Assembly (NCBI GenBank): GCA_020184695.1 | Contig: JAANOX010000046.1 | Location: 1 to 64,000, forward strand | Source of the DNA: Histomonas meleagridis 2922-C6/04-290x | Lineage: Eukaryota; Protista; Parabasalia | Direction of reading: 5' to 3' | Length of the DNA: 64,000 nt | In this document: in pieces, positions 36,201 to 46,070 of the stretch | Position numbering within the stretch: position 1 is the first letter of the stretch | Layout: every line of letters begins with the position of its first letter | Program-made: the position numbers and the translations under genes | Notes under the pieces: generated by a model | Told to the model about the DNA's origin: nothing | Databases searched by the model: none | What the model saw: the letters and a program-made list of their open reading frames with translations, nothing else

Positions 36201-37936
36201 CCATTGTTATAATATTCTAACATTAAATTAGTTAATGTTTCTACAATTCCTTTCTTTTGATCACTTGATTGATTAATAGCAAAATATTTAAATAATAAGT
36301 TATGAATCATTGTATTAATTTCAAGTGAATTCTTTGATATCGAATAAAAGATATATTCATTAAATATCTTCGACCATAAATTCTTTTGATTGATAATTGG
36401 TATAGCTATAGTTGGGTCAGTAATATTTAAAATAGTTAAAACAAAATATTGAAGTTTTGGTGAATTATTTTTTAAGTCTTCTAATGATGAATCGATCATA
36501 AAAACCATTAAATTCTTATTAACTTTAAGTAAGTCACTTAATTTGTAATATAATGATGTAATTGTATTATTAAATATTTTCGGTATATATTTATCATTTA
36601 TTTGGAACAAATTATTTTGTTTCGTTTTAATTTTCGATGTATTTATTAATTCAGTTGTTATAAATGTATATTCATGATTATCATATATTAAATTGGTTAA
36701 ATTAGGTTTCTTTATTGGTGTAACTTTTAGTTCTTCTTTAAATAATGTTAAAAATGAATTTTTGGTGAACTCTAAAATGGAATTTGTTAATGACTTAAAA
36801 TCTAATGATAAAAATGGTGACTCAACTTGATTTATTTGTAATGGCGAATATTGTTTTAATATGAAATCTAACATTATAATACCAAAATCAATATATGAAC
36901 TAATTTTTGTTGATTCATACTTCGAAAAATGTGTATAAATATCATAAATGGTACGTAATAAATGCATCGATACTTCGCTGTTTTTGAAACTTGGATCAAT
37001 TTTCTCTTTTTTACTTAAAAATGAAGAAATAAATGATTTTAAGCTTTTCTCTTGTGATGAATCAAGTTTGTTGACTGTGATGGAACATGTTATATATAAT
37101 GAGGTAAATGATATTATCGGAAAATAAACTTTTTTGATTTCGGATGATTCAATTAAAAACTTTGTTAAAAGTTGGAAAATTTGTGATAAAAACTTTGGTA
37201 TTGACCCACTAGATGGCCTCCTAAGAATGAGAAGAAGATTTGGTTCAATAGAAGTAAGAAATTGATTAAATAATAATAAGTAATCATTGAAACATGAATT
37301 TGTGGATGTCATTAAAATTTGATGAACACTTGTAAAACCTTCAACAACTGGTGAATGATTAAGATTCATCATGTTGTTAAACTGATAGAAAAATGATATT
37401 GAAAAACGAATCAAAAAAGGTGTTACATTTTCAACCATTTTTTGATATTTGCTTTTATTTGAGCTAAGAGCAAGAAGTTCGTTGGAAAACTCGACGTAAG
37501 ATTGCGATAAAGGCAATTCAAAACCTAATAATTGTGGAAGAAATAATGTTGGGTCTGATTCAACTTCTTGAGATTTGTAAAACAGCTCTTGAGGTGGAAC
37601 CCTTTTTATGCTAAAATTTTTTATGTGTGATAATAACGCAGGGTTTTGTGAAAAAATTGATTCATCTAATTTATAGTCCGTGGTATAATATTTAACCCAC
37701 AAGTTACATATAGGGTCTGTTATTTTTAGCCCGACAATTTGCTTAAATTGAGCCCGCAACTTGTCGATTTTTATCATTTGTTCGATGATATTAGACGAAA
37801 AGTGACTGTTTTTGTGAGGTATAAATGTAAACTGTAAAAATGTCAAAACCTCACAAGGGTTCCCCTCCTTGAAAAAGTCGTGTAATGTTGTCAATTTCAA
37901 AATAAACACATTGAATTTATTTCTGAGAGCGGTCAA
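30230..37936 (-). CDS. BEACH-domain protein (ARM, ConA-like, PH, BEACH, WD40)
   Basis: WRKG.ITNYQYL..LN..SGRSFNDIAQYPVFPWVL, YRFHYS, FDHPSRLF, RELIPEFY, WIDLIFGYKQ and C-terminal WD repeats. The ORF begins at a TTG, so the true start is uncertain. Confidence 0.95.
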   Translation of the reverse strand: MTALRNKFNVFILKLTTLHDFFKEGNPCEVLTFLQFTFIPHKNSHFSSNIIEQMIKIDKLRAQFKQIVGLKITDPICNLWVKYYTTDYKLDESIFSQNPALLSHIKNFSIKRVPPQELFYKSQEVESDPTLFLPQLLGFELPLSQSYVEFSNELLALSSNKSKYQKMVENVTPFLIRFSISFFYQFNNMMNLNHSPVVEGFTSVHQILMTSTNSCFNDYLLLFNQFLTSIEPNLLLILRRPSSGSIPKFLSQIFQLLTKFLIESSEIKKVYFPIISFTSLYITCSITVNKLDSSQEKSLKSFISSFLSKKEKIDPSFKNSEVSMHLLRTIYDIYTHFSKYESTKISSYIDFGIIMLDFILKQYSPLQINQVESPFLSLDFKSLTNSILEFTKNSFLTLFKEELKVTPIKKPNLTNLIYDNHEYTFITTELINTSKIKTKQNNLFQINDKYIPKIFNNTITSLYYKLSDLLKVNKNLMVFMIDSSLEDLKNNSPKLQYFVLTILNITDPTIAIPIINQKNLWSKIFNEYIFYSISKNSLEINTMIHNLLFKYFAINQSSDQKKGIVETLTNLMLEYYNNGIFDIFNELIEKFPNYFIDVIKNTSFLDELFKMDLKFKSTLILSKPIPEIVELRTRLFSIIFSLASVKDGIEQIFGTNERRGYILSLLFEIKLQDTILHLISLTLSKPIMNEVIENINGILCSSLINANDTNWKKLILGITKMMENIEQYDLQSLCKCLISSSVISSFQKIALSSNDFNFSISIFKFLVKLCISSQLFSNETQNSHWNFHQTWETIFSRSKVTQETINLVKDLTFLNTNDISNIEGLHILTTIVDNTNFENEIYELLLKLCETSQINCFNCSQTNLIPKILEKIDKQTKNKKLLLDLLNLIGSASFSSDDLKAFLKSIQKNTNESLTILNVFNQLIDISSRNSGTHSFFHFDGKKSYFTINRFKIDPKFGMSFIIRFGKEAFKDSHQIFTLSNEISHGHQYVHLFLNNGQMYLSFASSQFHIQYDFKPFNWYNIDVSIKGDNVLSTVNNNVIGRYKTNKRFIFNPNLVSFKFTGTPCDVNKITFYEQGNIVACYSAQVMEKGICTNTFQGNDKYGSAYFEGNYVFFTLNVLNSISNCGGIQILLPLFDIAKNNSIQYFNSLLTTIKYILLSKEEMLIDQQFFNIISAKLPENVTEETLKLFTEIYVTCKSNELKSEILLNIWCNWLLWKNNENIFHSILENYLPTIISHNKNFYLSICSFRSLLLSFDNLELNEKTTEICLNLIKKIRGHQFTKEDSESLLLSIVSTNNLPYLVKILKMIYDMMPIDETLDQVITYEPFYKLFNHFDENMRIKAVNILFYISSMKKSLSLSRDIIKSFTYFQPTISSKTTLEHLFNITFGNINPGSGIDINKDPINFSKQTNLLIQCSQFLPQICYLLHVYDKNELKKFLRSFQTSILQSKSSQLKISECYFWPFWILFLSNFEENIDDKMNWIKCLSVICNSILNENSSIINIIINFINVFAQVCNFDFQTSISIFLETLFSLNKNIPVIIEVLKFLFFIPNQKKLNNINNIDITDLHLFYGYLSLNGFPLLTFNIVNKNLNVKLTKIILDYYLHNQHEIIKNILFIGEFIPIVEVISALIHYLSMIDFQLSLNYFDEFIKIQAVQNDKKCLQLFIKDYFSDTKRLNLLKNLLRDSTEESIILQKLGVLNTKYQKLFEETSKKNQNLLNDYLSPLFNPNSNSLTYSVCQYINEKEQNNINMLRKIKLNERICRSINSELYQKGGFWSDNTGVLHWKFKKTIDVIGRRLKMKINHEFNDHKDASMATKQQSLTETEHNTVERYLDTFGNDTYSTLNSLNEETNIHQENIVLEIPCEMLTVDSIYKGNIYFMINSFSFESESIINSSGKPRIRRQKYVEIPFNSITLVLKRLYLHCDIGAEVFLNTRKSYYFIFSNQDRKLFFHKLKRMNVTNLQHSSASKFFEELGILKKWRKGKITNYQYLYYLNIFSGRSFNDIAQYPVFPWVLSNYESTEIDLTDETNYRDLTKPIGALNPTRLKYLYEVYEEVKDMPYDCLYRFHYSTPAYVLHYLIRCEPYTTLHIELQNNHFDHPSRLFKSIPSSYSSCVSENSDFRELIPEFYSSPDFLINSDGFDLGDNVNDVELPKWCKNPQEFITINRLALESSYVSSHINSWIDLIFGYKQQKIEDANLFHPYSDHSYFEKLKDPDEISVCKSHAGNFGVNPIKMFVTAHPQRRFIPNSPNFKDEQKLSFYCISKSIDSLKIWCDEKNELNYLQFQGEIYSASFDKLFEKQQITFRNTSKFIFHFPFTLKDTKIISNHIEILPNEKLLFVSNPWSESFDLIDFNDPKGKIIKTFEGHSAVIVLLRANNKYVVTSAHDSSLFIWDITKQRMYSSILAHSAKLVCLNYSFQIDLIASVDITGKFSYSSVLDSALIRSIQLDYVPNRVLISDLGYVLLFYETYSFGDVTTSIDAFDLSQRKVCSCKIPGAITSCCMCKFNDQAVYICTAMSTLKVFLYKIYDLQRVAYAEVNSPIKCLTFSTSKQILFALLENGDLVYANIV

Positions 37937-38976
37937 ACTGAAGTTGAGGTTACTTTCGCAGATATAAATTTATAATTATCTAATTAAATGTTTAAATTTA
38001 TAATTGAATATTTAAGTGAAATTTATGCATTTAAAAGTTTTAGAAAAAAGAAGATTATACGATATAAAAAATTATAGTTTATGAAATATAATAAAAGAAA
38101 ATTATTCTTTAGAGTTTATTTGATGTCAGAATGATATTTCTCATATCAAAGAGTACGACTCCATATATTCTTCGAGTATTATAATCCTAAAATGATCTCC
38201 TTAAAGAGTAATGCTAACAAAAATATAAATCCTGTAAAAACATCAATACCTTTTAGATAAATTGATATTGATTCAACGACGACTTTATTACATTGCTCAT
38301 TATCTCAAATCGCACCTGATCCAAATTCGACTCGTTTACTTACAGTTTGGGATCATACAGTTGGCATAATTCAAAATGAATTCAAATTTGAATGTTATAG
38401 GTAAAACCAAAAAAAAACATTTACAGATTGACCCTCAAAAGTAAATTCCTTCAACTGTTTCCATCATTTTAAGGTTCATTTCTCCATTTGTACAACGTTG
38501 TCGTGCATTAATATATTATCTATTTCATTTGAAAATAACTTAAATATAACAAAACATATTTTGCATCAGAAAAATAATGTCATTTTAAATTTTCCCTTTC
38601 TTATGTTTCCATGATATCTGCTACTAACTAAATTTGTAATAGCTGAGAAATGAAAATTGCTATTTTATTTTTAACAGTTACAGTTGGAATAAATCCGTAT
38701 GAATTTTTATAGAATTATTTTTGTAATGTTTGTGTTTGGTTTGAATTAAGAATTCTTATATAATAATTAACCTGACTCATTCGAATCAATGAAGTCAGTA
38801 ATTTAAATGATTCCTAATATTAAATTTCTGCTTCATCACTTGTAGATTCAAAAAGCTAATTTGATGCATATATATGTTATTCTAACTGTGATTATAATCT
38901 TAAAAATCGAAGAATTAATTAATCCTAAAAAATGAGGAGGATATACTTTTATTCGATTATCGCAATTGATTCTCTT

Positions 38977-39680
38977 TCAATAATTTCCATTGGAAAGTTG
39001 ATCTAATAATATCGAATTATTCTTTATATTACGATTTCGTTGTCTTCGATTAATGCACAAACCAACAATTAATGCTGTAATCAAAATCACTGCAATAGGA
39101 ACGCAGACGCCAACTGCGATGTCTGTAGTGTTGCTGCTATCAGGAAACACGTTCGATTGTGTGAACGAATTTGATTCAGTGAATGTGTATGATTCAGAGA
39201 AAGTATTTGAAAACGTATTTGACTTTGTGAAAGTATTTGAAAACGAATTTGATTGTGTAAAAGTATTTGATTCAGTGAATGTGTATGATTCAGAGAAAGT
39301 ATTTGAAAACGTATTTGACTTTGTGAAAGTATTTGAAAACGAATTTGATTGTGTAAAAGTATTTGATTCAGTGAATGTGTATGATTTAGAGAAAGTGCTT
39401 GAAAACGTATTTGATTGTGTGAACGTATTCGATTGTGTAAACTTATTCGATTGAGTGAATGTATTTGATTTAGTAAATGTGTTTGATCCACTAAATGCAT
39501 TTGATCCTGTGAATGTGCTTGATTGGGTGAATGTATTTGATTGAGTAAATGTATTTGATCCAGGGAATGTGTTTGATTGTGTTGGTGTGAATGTGGGAGT
39601 GGGGCAAGGAAGACACCTATCAATTGTTGTTCCTTTGGATACTTTCAAATTTCCAATTAAAGGTCAATTTACAAAAAATT
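38977..39680 (-). pseudogene. 5'-truncated BspA-type surface protein tail (S/T/N/F-rich stalk, TM, cytosolic tail)
   Basis: GNLKVSKGTTIDRCLP, TxSNTF repeats, TM IAVGVCVPIAVILITALIVGLCI. No LRR part upstream on this strand; TGA a few codons before. Confidence 0.75.
39171..39410 (-). repeat. 96-bp (32-aa) tandem repeat in the stalk, 2 full copies plus a partial copy
   Basis: TTGATTCAGTGAATGTGTATGATT recurs at 39171, 39267 and 39363. Confidence 0.9.
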
Positions 39681-39689
39681 CAGGAAATA

Positions 39690-41035
39690 CATCTCTCGGA
39701 TGTACTAATCTTGAAACTGTATTTTTTGGAGAAGGTGTTCAATCAATTGGATCTCTAATGTTTCAGCATTGCTTTCAACTTAAAGATTTCATAATTCCAA
39801 GTACAGTTTCTTCAATATCATTTAATCCATTTCTTGGGTGTATTAGTCTTCAATTCATAAAAATTTCAAAAGAAAATCAATATTTTTCTAATTATGAAAA
39901 TGATGGTGTTTTATATGATATAAATATTACAAAACTTATTAGTTATCCTATTGGAAATAAAAGCGAAACATTCAAAATTCCAAATTCAGTAACTTCAATT
40001 GATGACCTTTCATTTACTTGATGCACAAATTTATTATCAATTCCATTTGGAAATAATATAAATATAATAAGAGGATCTGCATTCAAATGGACTTCATTTA
40101 CAAGTTTTGTAATTCCAAATACTGTTACAACTATTCAATATTCAGCTTTTTCATCTTGCAATAAATTAGAATCGGTTGTAATTGGAAAAAATGTTAAAGA
40201 TATTGGCACTAGTGCATTTTCAGAGTGTACGTCACTGAAATGTGTTTATTTTTATGGAGAAACTTCACCAACAATTGGAAATAATTGCTTTCAAAATGTT
40301 TTAGCAACAACAGTTATGGTAAATGAAACATATCAAGATGAAACATTTGGAGAATTAAATATAACCAAAGGAATAATTGATGAATGTCTTCCTCCAACAT
40401 TAACATTCACAGAAAGTAATACATTTACTGAATCAAATACATTTTCACAAAGTAACACGCTTACTGAATCAAATACATATACACAAAGCCATACATTTTC
40501 CAATTCATATACATTTACTGTTTCAAATTCATTTACTGAAACAAATACATTTTCATCATATATAACTTTAACACATTCATTTATTGTGTCATATATTTTA
40601 TCATTTACAAAATCATTAAGTATTCACATTTCATATTTCAATTCGTTTATTATTACGAATATCAATTCAACATTTATATATATTCCAACATCATTTATAT
40701 ATTATGATTACACAGTTATTATTTATTCCAAATATTTTACATTTTATTCCAATTTTTATTTTGTTTATGAAAATAATGAAATGAATAACAAAGATAAAAC
40801 ATATATTTATATTATCATTGGTGTTATTATTGGAGTAATTGTTATTATTTCGATACTTATTATAATATTAATTCGTATTCGAAATATACGACAAAAAACT
40901 GAAGAAGAATCGAAATATAATAATGAAAATGAAAACAAAGCAATTGATTTTTCGATTGAATATTCTAAAAATGATATTAAAGAAGATCCATTTGCAAAAG
41001 ATTTCAACGAAGACAATTTTATTGTCAAAATATGA
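39690..41035 (+). pseudogene. 5'-truncated BspA-like LRR surface protein with one in-frame TGA
   Basis: TpLRR repeats (GCTNLETV, NYENDGVLY). TGA at 40019-40021 (FT*CTNL) is in frame with ORF 40316-41035, which carries the stalk, TM and tail. Confidence 0.85.
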
Positions 41036-41770
41036 AATATTTAAATTAGTTCATTATTTTTTTTTTCTTCACATAAAACAAATAAATCAATAAATTTCAT
41101 ATAAAAACCATTGTTATTTCATAATTTAAAACTTTAACCGTTCAAGAATAGATCCATTAAAACATGCTTGCACATTAGGATTTTAAATTTAAGAGAATCA
41201 CAAATAATAAACAGTTATAAATTGAGAAAAATGTGGAATGAAATTATGTGAAAGAATAAGAAGAAATCAAATCAATCATTAAATATTTAACATGAAAATA
41301 TACAATATTTATTAATTTAAAGTTATGTATCTTCAAAATGAACAAAATTATTTTCATCAAACATTCAGTAGACAATAACTTAAATATACAAATGGCATTT
41401 ACCAAATATTCAATAATAAATGCTGCTCAGTATAGCAGTTCCTTTTGACCATTCGAGTGTTCCTTTATCATTTTTCGCTGTTAAAAAGATATAAACATTG
41501 ATTGAGATCTCTTAAAAGCATTACAAAGAAGAGTAAAAAACACATGAAAAATAAAACTGATTCAGTGGATGTACATGCAACTACATGCGCTGTTATATAA
41601 TTTCCATATCTTTATCAAGTAAATAAGATAAACTGCTGATATCGCAAAATCTCATATAGATGCTTCAAAATGAAGTGCTTCATTTATCCCTTCAAGCAAA
41701 ATTGACCAATTTTTTGTAATGCATTCATTTTTATGTTTGAATGATCACAAATACAAAAAAGTGCAAAATA

Positions 41771-42406
41771 ATGACAACGCTTCTTTCCCAACAGGACTAC
41801 GAAATTAATACAACAAATATAGCAACAATCAATGACGGCTGTTGCGTTGGAGACATGATTATTCATTTTTGGCTTCGTCAACTCGAAAAAAAATTTTCCT
41901 CAGATGAAAAAAAATCTTATTTTTTTATGCCTTGCATTACACAGTTCGTCCAAACTTATCCACTTGAGATGGTAAGAGAATCCATTGGAAATATTAAAGT
42001 TTTGGAATACTCTTATGTATTTATGCCACTTGCTGACTTTAATGTAGCAACACTAAGCGCATCTCATTGGAGTTGCCTCTACATGGACAATACTCAAGGA
42101 ACACCAGTTTTTTATCACTTTGATTCAATGCACCAAAAAAATTATGAAGTTGCACGCCAATTTGCTACAAAGTTTTCTATGGTATACAACATAAAGGGAA
42201 GTGAAGTTATCCCTTTAAACTGTAAAAATCAAACAAATGGATATGATTGTGGTGTATATGTTATGGCATATATAGATAATTTCCTTGAAACCAAGAATCA
42301 TGAAGAAGCCAACAAAAAGCTTGAAAGAGACTATGTTTACCAATACAGAAAAATGGTAAGAGACAAAATTTATGAAATGGTAAAAGAACAGAATCAATCT
42401 TCGTAA
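41771..42406 (+). CDS. SENP8: SENP8/DEN1-like Ulp1-family (C48) protease
   Basis: HWSCL...YHFDS...Q.NGYDCGVYV catalytic His/Asp/Cys in a compact protein of about 210 aa. Confidence 0.8.
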   Translation: MTTLLSQQDYEINTTNIATINDGCCVGDMIIHFWLRQLEKKFSSDEKKSYFFMPCITQFVQTYPLEMVRESIGNIKVLEYSYVFMPLADFNVATLSASHWSCLYMDNTQGTPVFYHFDSMHQKNYEVARQFATKFSMVYNIKGSEVIPLNCKNQTNGYDCGVYVMAYIDNFLETKNHEEANKKLERDYVYQYRKMVRDKIYEMVKEQNQSS

Positions 42407-42779
42407 TACATAATATAAAAAATGTAAGCTAAATCCATATTTTAACTTGTATAAATCAGATGAGTCCATTCTTTAAGAGCCCTCCCATCATAGACTAGAA
42501 TGGTTTTGATCGGCGCACAGTTTTTGCACGTTAAGACTATTCGATTTTCTGAGGTTTATTTTATAAAAATCCAAAATCTTGTTAACAATTTTCTTTTATA
42601 TTTCCATAATTACTTGTGCTAACGACAATAAAACAACTTATTGAGGTCAATTTTAAATGATCTCTATACAAATAATGCTCTAATAAGAAAGATCTAGTTT
42701 CAATGAATATCTGGTCAGTTGGGGTTATTAATTTTTTGTTTCAGGGTTCATTTTAGTATAAAATAATTATTTTATAAAA

Positions 42780-45146
42780 ATGCAAAGCCCTCACAAAGGA
42801 AGAAATTGGGAAGTTCTTCTAATGATTCAAAGAATTATTTTTGGTCTAAATAAGGAAAATATTTCTAAATCAATCCTTTCAATAATCGATATATTTAATG
42901 AAAATTATTCATATTCTTTTAATCTGGTTATATCTCAAATAATATATACTTCATTTGTTGATCAAATAAATGACATTCACAATATTTTTAATTTTATGAA
43001 GGAGTTCGATACATATCAAGAAAGACGTAAAATCACATATAAAATATTTGATGTTTTTTCTCGTTTTCTTAAAAGAGAATTTATTTGTGAAAAAAATTAT
43101 CTATTAAATGAAATGATCAAATGTGGTTTTACAAAACCAGATTTTTTCTATATAAATATCGATAGCCCATATTTTGCGCACATTTCAAACAAAAAAATCG
43201 ACCTATTATATTTTACTGGTAAATTTGATTTTTTCTATGATAATTATATGAAACTTAAAGAAAATGATTGGGAACTTCATAAGAAATACATTGAAGATGG
43301 AGTTAATCCGAATGAAATTGCGAAAATAATTCGAAATGATGAAATAGAAAAACTTCAAGAAATATCATCACAACCAAATTTTGATTTTAATCAAACAATT
43401 GAACCTTCACTTTATGAAAGATGTTCATTTATTAATGAAGAGGATGTTACATTAATTGATTATTCAGCATTTTTTTCTTCAGTTAAATGTTTTAAATATT
43501 TACTTATGAATGGTGCAAAAGTCGAAAATACAGGTAAATATGCAATTGCAGGTGGATATGAAGAAATCATTCATTTATGTGAACAAAATAATTCATCATT
43601 TGAAGGTGCATATGAGACAGCAATTGAATTCCATAGGAATGATATCTTTAAATATATTTATGAAAATAAAATAGGTAAAATTAATAATCTAGAAGAATTA
43701 GGCACTGTATGTGTTTTAAATCATAACTATGAAATTTTTGTATTTTTAGAAAAAGAGGGAATGAAAATCAATGATTCGATTATTAAAGAATCAGCACTTA
43801 TTGGCAATATATTTCTTCTTAAATCTTTTCTTAATAAAAATCAAATACCAAATGGTATGTTAGTTTTTTCAACAATATCAGGAAATATTGAACTTGTTGA
43901 ATATATTTTAAAACAAGAAGATATCGATATTAATGAAAAAGATATTTACATCTAGGAATTGAAATTAATTTTAATAATTTGATATCTTAAATTAATTTTT
44001 GAAAATTGTTTAAATTATTTCGAACATCACTTATTAATGCTTCATATAATGGTGATTTAAAAATAGTTAAATTACTTCTTGGACAAAAAGGAATTGATAT
44101 TAATGCTAAAGATATTTATTTCTTTTGTTTAAGATAAGTTTTAATAATTTAATGTTCCAAAATAATATTTGGAATTTATACAAAATATTTAATAGAGCAT
44201 TTATTGAAGCATCTTATAATGGTCACACTGAAATAATGAAAATACTTCTTAAACAAGAAGGAATTGATATTAATGAAAAAAATGTTTATCAACTTTATTT
44301 AAAATTTATTTTAATATTTTAACACTCCATAATAAATTTTGGAATTTATACAAAATATATGAAACACCACTTTTTTGCGCATCTCAAAATGGTTATATTG
44401 AAGCAGTTAAATTACTTCTTGAACAAGAAGGAATTGATATTAATGCTAAAGATATTTATTTGTTTTATATAATATTTATTTTAATAATTTTGGATTTTAA
44501 AATAATATTCGAAAATTATTTATATTATTTTGGACAGCACTTATTTGGGCATCTTATAATGGACATACAGAAATAGTTAAATTACTTCTTGAACAAGAAG
44601 GAATTGATATTAATGCTAAAAATATTTATTTGTTTTATTTAAAATTTATTTTAATAATTTGATATTTCAAAATAATATTTGGAACAGCACTTATTGAAGC
44701 ATCTTCAAATGGTCATATAGAAATAGTTAAATTACTTCTTGAACAAGAAGGAATTGATATTAATGCTCAAGATATTTATTTGTTTTATTTAATATTTATT
44801 TTAATAATTTGATATTTCAAAATAATATTTGGAAATTAATCCAAATATTTTATACAGCACTTATGTTTGCATCTTTAAATGGTCATATAGAAATAGTTAA
44901 ATTACTTCTTGAACAAGAAGGAATTGATTTTAATGCTAAAAGTATTTATTTGTTTTGTTTAAAATTTATTTTGATAATTTGATAATTCGAAATAATATTT
45001 GGAAATTATTTAAAATATTATGGACAGCACTTATTTTAGCATCTGATAATGGTTATCCAGAAATAGTAGATTTACTATATACAGAAAAAAAAAAAAAAAA
45101 AAAAAAAAATGAAATATTAAAATACAAAAATATAAATAAGCAATAA
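42780..45146 (+). CDS. DUF3447-type ankyrin protein, locus 2 (ORF to 43955, then 7 ankyrin units separated by codon+17-nt arrays)
   Basis: Same N-terminal domain as locus 1. Units start at 44024, 44194, 44364, 44534, 44684, 44854 and 45024; final TAA at 45144. Confidence 0.82.
43941..45023 (+). repeat. Ankyrin-unit array with spacers of four (once three) 20-nt blocks
   Basis: Distances from the hairpin first codon to the Thr-position codon are 83,83,83,83,63,83,83 nt; unit period 170 nt (once 150). Confidence 0.95.
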
Positions 45147-45570
45147 ATAAATATTTTGTTATTCGAATTCAATTAGAATGGTTTCAATAACCAGAGTTAC
45201 ATATGTTACTATTACTTTTTGTAAAATTTAATAGAGGTTAAATAAGTATGGATACACAAGTATATTCAAAAAACATTGGACCGTTTAGACATCTTATATA
45301 AACGGCTTCCAATATTAGGGCTAGAAATTTGATTTTAACAAACAATACCTAAATTCCAAGTAATTACTAATTAAGTATTTGTAATTAATCAAGCATAAGT
45401 TTGATTAGAATTGTGTATCCAAACAGAACATACACATTCTTTCTTTAAATTTAAGCGAACTGAAATTTTGCCTCAGGCATTCAAAAAAATCAAAATTTCA
45501 AACTGAATCAGTATGTTTCCAATTTGCAGTATTTAATGAATAATTCGATATATTTACGGAAAATATTTTT

Positions 45571-46070
45571 ATGGAAGAAATCCTTTCAATTGGAAATTCT
45601 TATGTAACTCAAGCAATACAAGAAATACAAAACGATAAAAACAATTTCCCATGAAAGAAAATCATTTTATACAAAAGATATTAAAACTTCCTGAAACTTC
45701 AATTGTAACTAAAAAAATTTCTACAATGTACCTCTCATAGCTTTAGCTGTTGCGGATATCATTGAAAAGAATTTAATAAAGAAAACATTTTCATTAACAA
45801 ATAAAAAAGTCAGCGATTTCATATTGGCAAGAGATTCTTATGGAAAGGCATCAAACTTAAGACAAGCGCAGTCCATTAGAAGAGACTTTCAGTGCTGACG
45901 AATTTAAGATTCAAGTCTGATGATAAAGCTGAGTATTTGTTGGGGCTATGCGATAAATTGGAGAAAACGTGTAATGTGATTGGAGAAAATAATGTAAATA
46001 GAATCTTAAGGGATGTTAATGTGGTGAAGCTACAAGAAAGATTGAAAAGTATCGAGAAAATTTGGTAAGT
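45571..46070 (+). pseudogene. Decayed hypothetical gene
   Basis: Coding-like composition from ATG 45571 with multiple stops and frameshifts; family not recognised. Confidence 0.3.

Noticed and set aside
39053-39623. ORFs 39053-39454 (+) and 39087-39623 (-)
   Set aside because: These are shadow frames of the stalk tandem repeat.
43941-45023. Each ankyrin spacer as one ordinary GT-AG intron
   Set aside because: There is no consistent GT donor and no ACTAAC branch motif. The AG in ACA GCA lies inside the conserved T-A codons and is absent in 5 of 15 units (ACA TCA, ACA CCA).
44024-45024. 170-bp period as a nucleosome-positioning signal
   Set aside because: The period follows arithmetically from 34 codons plus four 17-mers, and locus 1 has periods of 167-250.
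44125-45146. ORFs 44125-44322 and 44955-45146 as separate genes
   Set aside because: They start at TTG inside spacers and merely run through one ankyrin unit.
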